A stretch of 63,617 bases of DNA, the filler included, from Asterionella formosa (lineage: Eukaryota): the NCBI GenBank assembly GCA_002256025.1. It is 20 parts of 20 records of this genome, joined end to end, with 100 filler letters (N's around TTAATTAATTAA, not from the genome) between each part and the next. Parts side by side here need not be neighbours in the genome. Positions count along the whole stretch, not along the records: positions 19,902 to 39,697 come from NKIB01003527.1; positions 39,798 to 41,027 come from NKIB01003529.1; positions 41,128 to 42,357 come from NKIB01003530.1; positions 42,458 to 43,687 come from NKIB01003531.1; positions 43,788 to 45,017 come from NKIB01003532.1; positions 45,118 to 46,347 come from NKIB01003533.1; positions 46,448 to 47,677 come from NKIB01003534.1; positions 47,778 to 49,006 come from NKIB01003536.1; 12 more parts are not named here. One strand, written 5' to 3'. Under the pieces are notes generated by a model that saw only the letters and a program-made list of their open reading frames with translations, searched no databases and had not been told where the DNA came from. Shown piece after piece: positions 39,190 through 51,764 of the stretch; position 1 is the stretch's first letter; every line of letters begins with the position of its first letter. The position numbers were made by a program, and so were the translations under genes.

Positions 39190-39697
39190 TGCTTTATTTC
39201 CTCAGATAGAACTGTTGAACTGAGGTATCACTCCCCAACAAGGTGGAAATGCCACACTATCGGCGGCGCTCTCTCAGCATTAATGCTCTCATATGCATGC
39301 CTAGGCTATGAGGCTGATCATCCATTTCGTTGCACAGGTAACTTGTTATAGTTAGAACTTCGCAACGGGAAAGAATATTCTTTGAAGTTGTTGACTTTTG
39401 ATGATGCAGACTACATCATTGTCCGTTTACATAATTCATCTTTCGCGATTACCACCTCTGCTATTGACCTTATCAGCCAATACCAGGAAACCATCCGGAC
39501 TCTATAATCTCATTCATTTTCGACTGGGCTGTCCAGGCTGGCGTGCTATGGAATCATTACTCAATGGAACAAGCGTTACGGGTCTCCTTTTGAATGTTCC
39601 TATACCAGACATATTCTCCTGTCCAATTTGTCTCAAGGAAAAACTACCCTCCTTATCCAGAGGTCCTACTGCTGAATCTCCTTTTCAAGGTAATTGG
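39190..39697 (+). mobile_element. Decayed Copia pol fragment (GAG-pre-integrase region)
   Basis: LIHFRLGCPG...SVTGL...FSCPICLKEK matches the H-RLG(H)...CxxC pre-integrase pattern. Confidence 0.55.
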
Positions 39698-39797
39698 NNN
39701 NNNNNNNNNNNNNNNNNNNNNNNNNNNNNNNNNNNNNNNNNTTAATTAATTAANNNNNNNNNNNNNNNNNNNNNNNNNNNNNNNNNNNNNNNNNNNN

Positions 39798-41027
39798 AGT
39801 TAAGGAAGTGGTAGAAATTATTGATCGAGCTCAGAAGTTATTTGAATGTTTCCGCGACTATCGTGACTCTTTGAAGAACAAGGAGACAGCCACTGCTCTC
39901 AGAAAAGGCAGGCGACTTTCCAGTGGTAAGACTGAAGTGGTATATCTTCAGTTGTTGTGTGGACTGACGCTCCAGCCACTTGTCTCGTACGAAATCGAAA
40001 CGGCAAAATATCGGATGCAAATCGAACAGTTTGCAGAGATAGGGGCCCAGTTGTGTGCTGTTGGAGTGAAAGTTGCCATGCTATGGATCGTGGCTGGGGG
40101 AATGGCAAAAGCATTTGGGTATCCTATTCCCACGCTTCCAGGTGAAGTTGTGAACAATGTCAAGAATTTTCTTGATGAAGTGAACAAATCGTCACCTGTT
40201 GAGGGTCTGAAGGAATACAAGAAGTCTGGGTTCGACCTGAACAACCAGCTGAATGATTTAAAAAAATTTGTTGAAGCTCTGGAACGTAATGGTAAGATGT
40301 GCCATTGCTTGGAAGAGTTTGACAAGGAAGCGCTGAAATCCAGCTCTTGGCAGTTTGCGCTCAAAAAATATGTGCTTCCTGATTTGGCAAATTATGAAAA
40401 GCAAGTCATATTTATCTCTGTCCACTTGAACAACAATTTTTCTGCTGACGCAGGAGAACTTGAAGAAATTGATAATGGCTTGCAAGCGATTGAAATGAAC
40501 ATGCAAGCAATTGATAATTTAATGCAACCGGTTGATAATAATTTCCAGGTCGTTCAATCCAACATCAAGGATGTGGATGTGATAACTGAAAATGAACGTT
40601 TGCTGTATGCCCAGTCTGTGACACTCCAATACATACAGTTGAGCATCGACCGAATCCCTGATTTGATGGTTCATTTCCCGTACATGTTTATCCTTCTCAC
40701 CGCTGACGATTTTCAAACATTCAAGAGCACATTGATGCCCAAGTCGTCAATGGATAAACGAGGTCGCGTTGGAGTTAAGGAAGTGGTAGAAATTATTGAT
40801 CGAGCTCAGAAGTTATTTGAATGTTTCCGCGACTATCGTGACTCTTTGAAGAACAAGGAGACAGCCACTGCTCTCAGAAAAGGCAGGCGACTTTCCAGTG
40901 GTAAGACTGAAGTGGTATATCTTCAGTTGTTGTGTGGACTGACGCTCCAGCCACTTGTCTCGTACAAAATCGAAACGGCAAAATATCGGATGCAAATCGA
41001 ACAGTTTGCAGAGATAGGGGCCCAGTT
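39798..41027 (+). CDS. Partial ORF with an in-frame 975-bp (325-aa) repeat; resembles C-terminal regions of stramenopile LRR-ROCO-type proteins
   Basis: Open across the whole contig. 39798-40052 is near-identical to 40773-41027. Motifs include FPYMFILL, VYLQLLCGLTLQP and AGGMAKAFGYPIP. The family assignment is from memory. Confidence 0.55.
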
Positions 41028-41127
41028 NNNNNNNNNNNNNNNNNNNNNNNNNNNNNNNNNNNNNNNNNNNNTTAATTAATTAANNNNNNNNNNNNNNNNN
41101 NNNNNNNNNNNNNNNNNNNNNNNNNNN

Positions 41128-41595
41128 AAGTAACAGCACCAAGAAATGATCGAACTTGTTTAAGATTGGTAGGGGAAGACATATTAATCAATGCTCGGAC
41201 TTTTTTAGACCAAGGTTTCAGTCCATTAGGAGTTGACCAATATCCTAACCAATCTGTCTCTTGGATGGCCCATTCACACTTAGATGGATTAATTGTAAAA
41301 CCCTTTGCCTGTAAACGATGTAAAATAGGGTCCAATAAATGAAAGTGATCCGAAAAATTCATTGAAAAACAACCCACATCATCAATATAAATTTCCACAT
41401 CATCTAAATCACTAAGAGTCTGTTCCACATTTTCTTGTGCAATATCAGATGATTGTTTCACCCCCATAAGGAGATGTAAATATTTATATAAACCAAATGG
41501 AGTTAAAATAACGCACAAGTTTTGACTCTCCACATCCAATGCGAAAGTATAATATTGCATGGAAACATCCAATTTGGTGAAAAATACATATCCAG
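41128..41595 (-). mobile_element. Ty3/Gypsy reverse transcriptase fragment
   Basis: LDVSMQYY, TPFGLYKY..MGVKQSSDIAQE, IYIDDVG, INPSKCEW and LKQVRSFLG. Confidence 0.9.
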
Positions 41596-41596
41596 T

Positions 41597-42357
41597 ATAT
41601 TAACTGTTGACTTTAACTTTATAAATTAAACGACAAATATATATATTAATTAACATCCTTTATGATTGCTTGATTTATATTCTATGATGTCTTGGTAACA
41701 CTTGCGTACATATTTAATCGTATTTTATTGTCATTGTATTATTTTAGCATAATCATATTTTGATCAAAATTATATCATAAATATTTTATAAAATCATCAT
41801 AGTTATATGATCAATGTATAATAACTTTGTGATGTACTTTTTTCAATATTATCAATGTAGTAACCCTAACATGATATCACAGTATCATACATGATTTGAT
41901 TGGGAAGCAACTGTATTCTGCATCGTGCTACAGGGTATATTATTATATCACGATATTTAGTAGCAAAGTCACTCCGCCTGTAATGTACTAAAGTCGACAG
42001 TGCACATACACACACGCTAATCAGGTTTGAGGCAATGGACAGTGGTTCGAACGAGCGAATGATGATACCACGGGTACCAATTTTTCCAACGAAAGAAGCA
42101 ACTTGTCTCTCTATTGATGAGGATGACATGGACATCGACTTTTCCAGGAGCAAACAACAAACAACAATGAAGAGACCCACTTATCGCTCTATTGATGTTA
42201 ACAAAGATGCGGACAAGTTCAACAGTGAATACAAGAACAACATACTATTGAAAACAAGTTGACAGTGTGTGCACGCAAACGCCAAGCAAGTTTGAGGCAA
42301 CGGACAATTCCAACAAGCAAATGATGATACAGATATCAAATTCTTCCTACGAGCAAA
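41597..42357 (+). mobile_element. Copy of the 37.55-38.35 kb segment of the large element
   Basis: Colinear similarity including the ATTTTGATCAAAAT palindrome. Confidence 0.85.
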
Positions 42358-42457
42358 NNNNNNNNNNNNNNNNNNNNNNNNNNNNNNNNNNNNNNNNNNN
42401 NTTAATTAATTAANNNNNNNNNNNNNNNNNNNNNNNNNNNNNNNNNNNNNNNNNNNN

Positions 42458-43687
42458 CAATGCAAGAGTCGTAAGGGTTTAACACAAAACCCATCTCTTT
42501 TAGGGTGTTGTGGAATAAATCATACCATAGTAGGGCAGATTTGACGCACCCATAGATCGCTTTCACTAGCCTGACGTACAACACCTTGTTTCCTTTCTCG
42601 TTGGACACAAAATTCGTGTGCTCTGGGTTCATGTTGCATAATATATCGACTGATTCACCAGTGAATTTCATGACAACGAAATCATTCATATCTGCTTTCA
42701 AATACGCACCCGCCACATCTGCTGTGGCGACATCTCTTCCTTCATGTGCATCAATCATGATGGACAACATGAGTGCATCGGTGGATACTGTTGGAGATGC
42801 CGTCTGCGACTTGTCATAAAGGGATCGCTGCGGTCTCCTGTCGGCTACTGTACGCCCCTTGAGGCGCCCGTCTCTCTTCTCTTTGATGAGGTTGATGGCT
42901 CGGAGCGCTCCCGTCCTCTGTTCCCTGGTAAGGGAGTTCGCACTTACGGGTTCGTACACATCCAGCTCCTCTAGTTGTGCAAATTCTTTCATCAGGGCGG
43001 CCTCCGCCGCTTTCCCGTGTTTCTTTATTCCCGCCTTCGCGGTCATCTGGTTCATTACATACCCAAAAATATGTTTACTTGTGTTGTCGTCTGCGTATGG
43101 CATCGTTGTTCGAAATCCGCGCAGTACGAACTGTCTTGGTGGAAAGTATGACTTGTTGCTATGCGGTGCATCAATGGCCTGCTTGAACTGTTCACTTATG
43201 GCTGCCCGGCGTTGTCGGAGATTATATGGTCTGTGTTCCTCTTCCGCCAACGCTCCTTGATCTGCCACCTCGTGGTCGTTGTCAGAACCCGTTTCTTGAT
43301 TGGCTTCTTCAATGATCGCTGTCTCTTCCATAGGCGCTCCTTGGTTTTCGTCGATAGGCGCCCCTTGTTCCAAGTGCGCTCCTTGGTTTTCGTTGTGTTC
43401 TTGTTGTATGTAGTCATCGTAGACAAGCGCGACGTCATCAATGTCGATCGTGTTTGTGTTTGGGTCTGCGGTGTCCGTCATGGGCAACTCCGTCCAATTA
43501 TGTCGGGAAATCTTTTTGCCGGTTGCGAGAGACATGAAGTGGTAGTCACCTTGGGCATTGCCAGTGGGGGTGAGGGCAATTGCCCCGAGGGAACGTGCAT
43601 GAAGGGTGTTGGATGGGTCGTTGTCTTCAAAAACTTGGACGTAGGTCCCAAACTCAATGCGCATTTGGTTGTATTCTGGGTTGGCAG
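42458..43687 (-). mobile_element. Ty1/Copia (CoDi-type) pol fragment: integrase C-terminus to RT
   Basis: FGTYVQVFE, KEKRDGRLKGRTVAD, SPTVSTDAL, DVAGAYLKA and LVKAIYGCVKSALLWY. Confidence 0.92.
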
Positions 43688-43787
43688 NNNNNNNNNNNNN
43701 NNNNNNNNNNNNNNNNNNNNNNNNNNNNNNNTTAATTAATTAANNNNNNNNNNNNNNNNNNNNNNNNNNNNNNNNNNNNNNNNNNNN

Positions 43788-44070
43788 GCAGCAACAGAAC
43801 ATGATGAACATGATGATGATGTCAATCATGGCATCATTGTTGAATCAGCATGGGGTATCTCAAACAACCACCTCCACTGACAGTGCCAATCCCACTCAGG
43901 CAATTATGAATTCAATTATTGCTTCAAACATGATTTCAATGCAGCAAACAATGCAAAGCCAAAATCCAACCTCGACAGCAGGTGCCAATGCACAACAAAC
44001 TTTGTCTGCCTCAACTCAATGTCAAACACCAAAAAACAACAGTGGTAGCAGTAGTAGTGATGATGAATAA
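43788..44070 (+). CDS. 3' end of a low-complexity ORF, probably the Harbinger accessory gene
   Basis: Met/Gln/Ser-rich tail arranged tail-to-tail with the Harbinger transposase. Confidence 0.35.
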
Positions 44071-44147
44071 CAACCTTAAATTAATTCATTCTAATATAAT
44101 GTGAAAGAAGTGGTGCTAAATAATCATGAAGGAATAATTTCTTTGAA

Positions 44148-45017
44148 TTACATGGCATATCTATTTGCATTCCAATGCAAATAGGGCATATACACTGAAG
44201 CAATTTGGTTCTGACCAACTTTGCTAGCACGAAAGTTGTAGAGCAATACAATCATTTGGAGAATTGATTTTCTCTCACCTTTTTCTTCATAACGAAATTT
44301 TTCTTTGATTCTCGGAAATGATCCCTGAATGCATCGCATTCCCCATTCCGACAGCTGTCGGATGGAGGTGGCTTGGCGATTCATACCAAATCTTTGTCGA
44401 GGATTACCATTTGCATCAACATTGTTTTGATGTGATTTCAACATTGCATTTGATTTTTTAGATGCAAATGCTGAATCCACAACTACTTTTTTGCCTGTAT
44501 CCCTGTAAACTGTTTCAATCTGATCATAGATCGATGACCAAATTGCCATGGTGGAGTCATGTAGAACACCAGGTGCATTGAAATATGAGCAGCGAATTTT
44601 TCCATCAGGCGAAAAAAGAAACAAGTTTGTCACATAGTGTTCATGGGTCTATCCATTGTAGAAGTTGTTCTGCAGTGTTTCATTTCCAGCCCGTTGCAGG
44701 GTCAGTTTCAGACCATCCATTGCTCCCCAACAATTTGTTATAAGTGGGTATTTCTGATTGATCATGGTTGCAAACAAGGTGGCTTCGTCTACAGTAGGCA
44801 GTCTCACAACGGCATCTTCATGTGTCAGCAGTACTTTTACAATCATTCGCCTTGAAAACCTCAACCAAACACTCAAAGAACCATGAGTTAATCCGAAAAT
44901 AATCTGAAGAATCATATAGGAACCACGAGTCCTGGTCCATGCTAACCCAAGCGCTAGACAACTGATGGAACAGAGGTATCTTTGCCGACCTTTCTTTGTT
45001 GTTGAATTTCTAACAAT
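44148..45017 (-). pseudogene. PIF/Harbinger DDE_Tnp_4 transposase with a premature stop
   Basis: WGAMDGLKL, FYNG*THEHYV (TGG to TAG at 44649-44651), NAPGVLHDS, VVDSAF and RQLSEWGMRCIQGSFPRI. Confidence 0.9.
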
Positions 45018-45344
45018 NNNNNNNNNNNNNNNNNNNNNNNNNNNNNNNNNNNNNNNNNNNNTTAATTAATTAANNNNNNNNNNNNNNNNNNNNNNNNNNN
45101 NNNNNNNNNNNNNNNNNGGGGGGGGGCCGGGGGGCAGCGCTTTGACTTTCACAGTCTCTCTACAGAGCTGCGACAGAAAATAATAGGGAAAAACATAGTA
45201 CCACCATAACCGTAGGTGCTACTTAAAGGTGCTGATAAAAGATGTACACGTACTACCTGGTACCGGTAGTAACTCGTCAGCCTGGCTAATTATCGCGCCA
45301 GTTAAATTCATAAAAGCAATATTATGATAACTACCGGGTAGGTA

Positions 45345-46347
45345 TGCCAGAACATTTGGTGTTCTGTTGCTCGCTTATTACTCCGACTATTGGTTTTTAG
45401 TTTTACGATCATACAATCCTAGAACTATGATGATTTATTGTCCCACGGTAGTAGCAACAGTCCTGAATATATGGTGTTCTATTGGTTTTTAGTTTTACGA
45501 TCATACGATCCTAAAATTATGATGATTTACTGTCCCTCTGCAATAGCAGCAGTCATAGACATTTCGTGTTCTATTGGTTTTTAGTTTTACGATCATACAA
45601 TCCTAAAACTATGATGATTTACTGTCCCACTGCAGTAGCAACAGTCCTGAACATATGGTGTTCTGTTGCTAGTTTACTACTCCGACTACCCCCATTATAT
45701 CTGTTACTACCTGCTACTCGTACCCTGTATATATATATGATACATTGTTATTGTCATATGATGTACCGGTACACATGAAGAGCTCCCGCCCAAAAAAGGG
45801 GCTTAAACAATTCGCTACCAAAACCCTTGCGGCATTTGAACGGTCTAAATAATTAGTTTCGACGGCCGTAGAAAATATCGATGCAAACAAATTTCAGAGA
45901 TAATACCGGTACACGTACCAGTAGTCGTGGAAAACAATGGACATATACCGGTAGTGCATTGAGTATTTTCGAATTATGTATATGCGAGTATGGCCATCTC
46001 AACCATATCAGATGTTCCATATCGAGAGCGCCTTTGAATTTTACACTTCATATATATATATATATATATTTACAAATTTTATTACTATATTCATGGCATA
46101 TATATTTTTCAAATCGTTCTGTCATGTTAACAAACAATGCCTGCTGCTTCATGATAAGATACGTCGTAGTAAAGCACATGACAAGAAAAGAAAAATTTTG
46201 CAATACATAACGAAAAACATTGTGACTTCGACACATTGCGCCTTCGAAGGATGGAGAATGTTTAAGGTAATGAAGCCATCAATGTGGTACTTGGATGACA
46301 ATCGTTGGGAGACAGGCAGCACAACGACAAATTGTTAACTATACGCA
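45345..46347 (-). mobile_element. Inverted copy of the 28.47-29.5 kb segment of the large element, including array units
   Basis: Colinear similarity, e.g. GTTTAAGGTAATGAAGCCATCAATGTGGTACTTGGATGA is shared. Confidence 0.85.
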
Positions 46348-46507
46348 NNNNNNNNNNNNNNNNNNNNNNNNNNNNNNNNNNNNNNNNNNNNTTAATTAAT
46401 TAANNNNNNNNNNNNNNNNNNNNNNNNNNNNNNNNNNNNNNNNNNNNCTGGGTCTGACGGCGATTTAGATACATAGGTAACTTTCAAATAGCACCAGTAT
46501 ATAACTT

Positions 46508-46634
46508 CTGGCGAGAAACTGCAGAAAGGAACTTCGGTTTTTTTACTATGCCAAATAAACAGATTTCCCCCGAAATTTCGAGTCTTTTTAGCATAGCTAA
46601 AAAACCGAAGTTCCTTTCTGCAGTTTCTGACCAG
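46508..46634. repeat. Hairpin / MITE-like inverted repeat, copy 1
   Basis: Arms AGAAACTGCAGAAAGGAACTTCGGTTTTTT and AAAAAACCGAAGTTCCTTTCTGCAGTTTCT around a ~40-bp spacer. Confidence 0.85.
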
Positions 46635-47547
46635 ATCCTAGATACTGACGATATATTGAGTGAACCAACACCCCTACTTTGTCCGAAGACTGTATTTAAG
46701 GTTCCTGCATTTGAACCCCTAGACAAAAATTAAAATATTGCTTAGGGTTGCCGAAATTCCCTGGAACTAAGAACTTTTATGTGCTAATTTGAATATCAAT
46801 GATTCCGTTTGAAAAATTCAAATGAGTGGAAATTTGCGCGTACGTATATAGATTCCATTTCAAATGCATAAAATATGTAAAGATAGATTCTTCATCGCTG
46901 AATGTTTTATATTGCTACTCTACCGATAGTATACCTACTCGTATCATAAATATGTTTCACATGCACGACCCGGCGGCTGCAAAATATATTTGAATGTGCA
47001 AACTATCGGTACTAAGGTACTGGTTAGCGTGCACTACCATTTACTATGACGAATGATGATCAGTTACCTGGAACCGGTAGGTCTACCCGGTTCTCGGTAT
47101 TCCTACTCCGTACGGATTCCGGTATACGGGTAAACCTACCCGGTACTCGATATTCCCACTCCGTACGGATACCGGTATACGGGTAGGATCGGCCAACACC
47201 CAAGAAAATGCTTCATGTGTATCCAGTGTGGCCGGCGTGGGATTGCACGACCTCGCAAACCGTGCCAATCGAACGGATGTAAGGATAACCAATCAGAATA
47301 TGATTATTACAGCGGGCAATTACATTGGAACTTTTTGTACACGAGATTTTACGACTACAAATTTTAGCACAAGACTACCATTCCGATGATGACGTTTCGG
47401 CGATTAGTGATTCTGATTCCGACGTTTGGGTGACCGTTGAAAAGGCCGATATTGTCGAATTTTTGGACGACGATAGCTCAACGTTGGCAGGGTTTGAAGA
47501 AGAGTTAAGTACATAGGTAATCTTCATATAGCCCCAGAAGTTAACTT

Positions 47548-47674
47548 TCGGCGAGAAACTGCAGAAAGGAACTTCGGTTTTTTTACTAGGCCAAATAAAC
47601 GAGTTAGCCCGGTAAAATCCACTATTTTCAGCATAGTTAAAAAACCGAAGTTCCTTTCTGCAGTTTCTCGCCAG
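47548..47674. repeat. Hairpin / MITE-like inverted repeat, copy 2
   Basis: Same arms as 46508-46634 with a diverged spacer; 1040 bp downstream. Confidence 0.85.
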
Positions 47675-47777
47675 ATCNNNNNNNNNNNNNNNNNNNNNNN
47701 NNNNNNNNNNNNNNNNNNNNNTTAATTAATTAANNNNNNNNNNNNNNNNNNNNNNNNNNNNNNNNNNNNNNNNNNNN

Positions 47778-48228
47778 ACAAAGAATGTCATTCTTAAATG
47801 CTGACTTTTTTAGATATATGAAGGACACTGCATTTTATTTGCCACCAAATCATCCCCCTGTAGACCTCGTTGTTGCCCTGCATGCATGCGGTGATCTTTC
47901 AGACTTAGCACTCGACTTTGCTCAAAAGAGAAATGTTTCTTTTGTTATCTGTCCTTGTTGTTACAACAAGCGTCTTGTTCCTGAATATGGCCCACCGTGG
48001 CATAAGCTACTTGGAGACAAACTTTCTCATACTCAACGTATTGCAGAAAGTGAGATTCGGACGGAAAGCTTGCGCGCCATGACGATTATAAATTCACTTC
48101 GTTTGCACTCGTATTACGGAGCCGAACTATCAGATACAAGGCCGAATCTGTCTATGGACACTTTTTCTGCAACGTATTCGCTCAGGAACGTTGTGCTTGT
48201 TGGGGGATCACAAGCCAGTATAATATAG
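47778..48228 (+). CDS. 3' part of a SAM-dependent methyltransferase (Methyltransf_32-like)
   Basis: VVALHACGDLSDLAL, CPCCYNK and YSLRNVVLVG. The 5' end is cut by the gap. Confidence 0.8.
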
Positions 48229-48300
48229 CCACGTTTGTTAATAATAATAAAAGTGAACGCGGTTATCGCTAGAGTTTAGATCTATACAACAGCATTTTGA

Positions 48301-49006
48301 TCAGCACCAAAGATGGAGACCACCAAAAAGTGGAATAGGTTTCTGCTGATCAATGTGGCCTTCTCCAATACCTAATCTTCCTGATCCTTTTCCAAAGGAC
48401 AAAGTTTTGCCATCGTGTTTCACTACTATTGAAGAATCAAATCCTGCACAAGCTTTCACAACGCCAGAACAATCAACAACCTGTGGATGCCAATCAGCTT
48501 CACCAGATACAGCATCCGTCCCCCACATATATACTTGCCCGTCTGAACATGTTGCCAGTGCATGCTTTGCACCAATACTGACGGATTTGATACTAGGTGG
48601 GTTCTCCCCATTTTTTTTAGGAGGAAAAATGATTGATGTTGGCTCATTAACAGAGGTTTGCCTTTTTCCGTGTCCCAATAGACCAAACATGCAATTTCCA
48701 AATGAAAAACATCGGCCATTCGTTGTGACAACGAAAGTAGAATTACGGCCCAAAGCGACTTGCAAGGGAACTTCCGGTCTGCTTCCCGTGGTAACAAGAA
48801 CAGAGCGGTCCACTGTTGAAAGTAACGATTTTTTATTCAGCGGTGGCTGTCCTTTTTCCCTTCTGTTGTAAGAAGGATTATAAGATAGAGTTTCGACACG
48901 ATATGGCTTAGCCAAAATACGAGGTGCCAGCACAGGGTTCCTTTCATCCGACTCAACCGGTGGTAATCCAAGAGCCCCGTGAGCTGCATCACCCCAAGTA
49001 TAAAGT
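48301..49006 (-). CDS. 3' part of an RCC1-repeat protein
   Basis: FSFGNCMFGLLGHG, VSIGAKHALA..DGQVYMWG and LSFGKGSGRLGIG. The 5' end is cut by the gap. Confidence 0.8.
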
Positions 49007-49105
49007 NNNNNNNNNNNNNNNNNNNNNNNNNNNNNNNNNNNNNNNNNNNNTTAATTAATTAANNNNNNNNNNNNNNNNNNNNNNNNNNNNNNNNNNNNNN
49101 NNNNN

Positions 49106-49361
49106 NTGGTTTGCGGTTCTTGTTTTGAACCAGTTTTTGAATATCATTTAGTAAATAACTATCAATTGAATTATCTTTGAGTTCAAGTTTAGTCAAGACA
49201 GTATTGACCTTGAGAGCCTCTGCAATGGCCTTGGCTCCGTCAACACCAATTGAATTATTAAAGAGATTAAGGAAAGTCAAATTTGGATCATTCGCTTTCA
49301 ACCGTTTGACATATTTTTCCAATTCTGTTTCTTCCTTCTTTCGACGAAAAGCTTTTAGCAT
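49106..49361 (-). CDS. 5' part of an RNI-like leucine-rich-repeat protein
   Basis: LKANDPNLTFLNLFNNSIGVDGAKAIAEALKVNTVLTKLELKDNSI. Confidence 0.8.
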
Positions 49362-50612
49362 TGTCAATGTCGTCTTGAATGTAATGAGAGTTGTCTTTGG
49401 TTTATTCGGTTTATTCGTGCGACTTCTTTGTTTGGTTCTTGTTCGTGTCTCGTCGTCGTTGTCGTTATCGTGATTAAATTCTGCAAAAATAGTTTCTCCA
49501 TTACTTGTCGTAGAATTCTACGATGCAACTCATTATTGCTCCTGCATGATAGATGGAAAATGCCGAGAATTTTGTCGATCCTCATTGGTACCAGGTACCT
49601 GGTACCAATATATAGCACATATAGCTACATATGATGCATGATGATGATGGTAATGTATACGATTGGACTACCCATATGTATGCGATCGAATTACGGGGAA
49701 TGATAGAAGGGCTTATATAAAACTGTTCGCATAAGTAATAATAACATTCATTTGCTTGTGTGTCGAATAATGTCGTTCGTGTTTGTAATTCTTGACTCCT
49801 GTCCATCACAGTACCCGAAATAATTTCTCTACGAACTGATGTCCTTGAGTTCTACATGAAAGCTCTAAATTTCTTTTCATTTTCAGTCATCACCATGATG
49901 CCGGAACTTTTGTCCATCATAATATATGTTTGTACATACATATGCCCTTCGTGATATGTGCAATATATGAGCAATAACATATGGTGTTGAAAGGGGCTTT
50001 GTGTAAATGATAAAAAGACAATATTGTTAGTCACACATATCATCTAGCGATATTTATCAATATTTCATATCGGAATATAAGTGGATCTTCTTGTATGAAA
50101 ACGTTTCATGATTGATGAGGACATTTTCAGAAAGTACGAGCTATTAAAAAATAATACACTTTTTTTACAGTGTACTGGTACACAGGTGTCAGTATAACGG
50201 TGAATGCAATATCAAAAGATAAAATGCAAAATTATGACTACGTGATATATTATTCTACTGTAGGTAGGTAGGACAGATGGTTCAGCTGTAAACCACACTG
50301 ACACTGGGGGGTCCAGGACAATGAAATGTGGTTGANNNNNNNNNNNNNNNNNNNNNNNNNNNNNNNNNNNNNNNNNNNNTTAATTAATTAANNNNNNNNN
50401 NNNNNNNNNNNNNNNNNNNNNNNNNNNNNNNNNNNGACTACTCCTATTCCTACTGGTATGAACTGATATGAGTTCATCGTTGACTGCAAGTATACTGAAA
50501 AAAAGGCTCTCTTTTCTGTCTACGGAGTACATGCTACCTGATAGAAAAACGAGGTACCACGTACCAATACGTCCAATATTACTCCGTGCCTGTAACTAAA
50601 CAGATGTCCTGG

Positions 50613-51664
50613 TACCAGTTAAAAACTGTAAGCCACCGCTACGGCGACTTTTGAACTGTAAGCCACCGCTAAACGGAGTAAACGCACGGTTTGAACTTAG
50701 TTTACAAGATACGCTATTTATTGTCACGAACGAGTTGTTCAGATTTATATAGCGAGTAAATACTTCCGTACTTGTATTGTTGCATTGTGTACATTGTTAA
50801 TTAGGTATTATCGCCCAAAGGTTGCTGTCGACGTGAAATTGCGAAAATTGGATATTTTCACGTTTACTCGATTGAGCAAGCATCACCTTTTATATACGTA
50901 TTCAGGTATGAGAATATTCCTCCGCTAGAAAACTAATTTAGTATCCTCTAAAATTTATTTAATATGACTACGACGGCATTGCGCTTTCGCTCGTGCGCCA
51001 TAATAAAGAGATAATTTCATTAATGGAAAACGTCAAATAGGAATTCCTGGTGCGCCCGAATTATGAGTACAAAAATTAAATGCAAACACACAACAATCAC
51101 CCATCACCCATCACAACACCAACACCATGACCTCGAAAGCGCCTCGACAAGGCAATGCCTTGCCTCGAAAGAAATTGTCTCCTAAAGAGTTGGTCAGTGT
51201 TCAGTTTTGTCTTAACAATGTGATTAGGGAGCTAACAATGGTGGAAAAATGCCTTATGGTGCTATTTCTAGGACAGTATCAGCTAAGCAATGCATTTTCC
51301 CTTGGATATCTGTTAACCAAGTGAAGAATGAACTAAAACGAAGTGCTAGACTAGAAGTTAAGTATAGTACTGCTACTATGTATACTACTTCTGGTTCGTC
51401 CCTCTTTCAACCATCAACTGCAACCATGGTGTCTACATTGACACCTGACCATTGTGGTCCTACTAAAACTCAACTCTTGAATGCTGATGGCAGCTTTGCC
51501 TTGTTATTTCCCAGCAATCTCATTCATAATTCATATAAAATTGTCGAGGAGGAAGAAGATGACAACAATGAAGGTGTGAGTGAGCATTATGATAGTCAGT
51601 TTACAATGGGCACTTTGGCATATGAAACTGGAAACAATGGTGTGCTTACCTGGGGAAGTTTGGA
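50613..51664 (+). mobile_element. Possible left end and N-terminal ORF remnant of a Tc1/pogo-like DNA transposon
   Basis: TA|CCAGT start, an 18-bp subterminal direct repeat AACTGTAAGCCACCGCTA (x2) and a frameshifted ORF (MPYGAISR..FPWISVNQVKN). No DDE domain is visible. Confidence 0.3.
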
Positions 51665-51764
51665 NNNNNNNNNNNNNNNNNNNNNNNNNNNNNNNNNNNN
51701 NNNNNNNNTTAATTAATTAANNNNNNNNNNNNNNNNNNNNNNNNNNNNNNNNNNNNNNNNNNNN

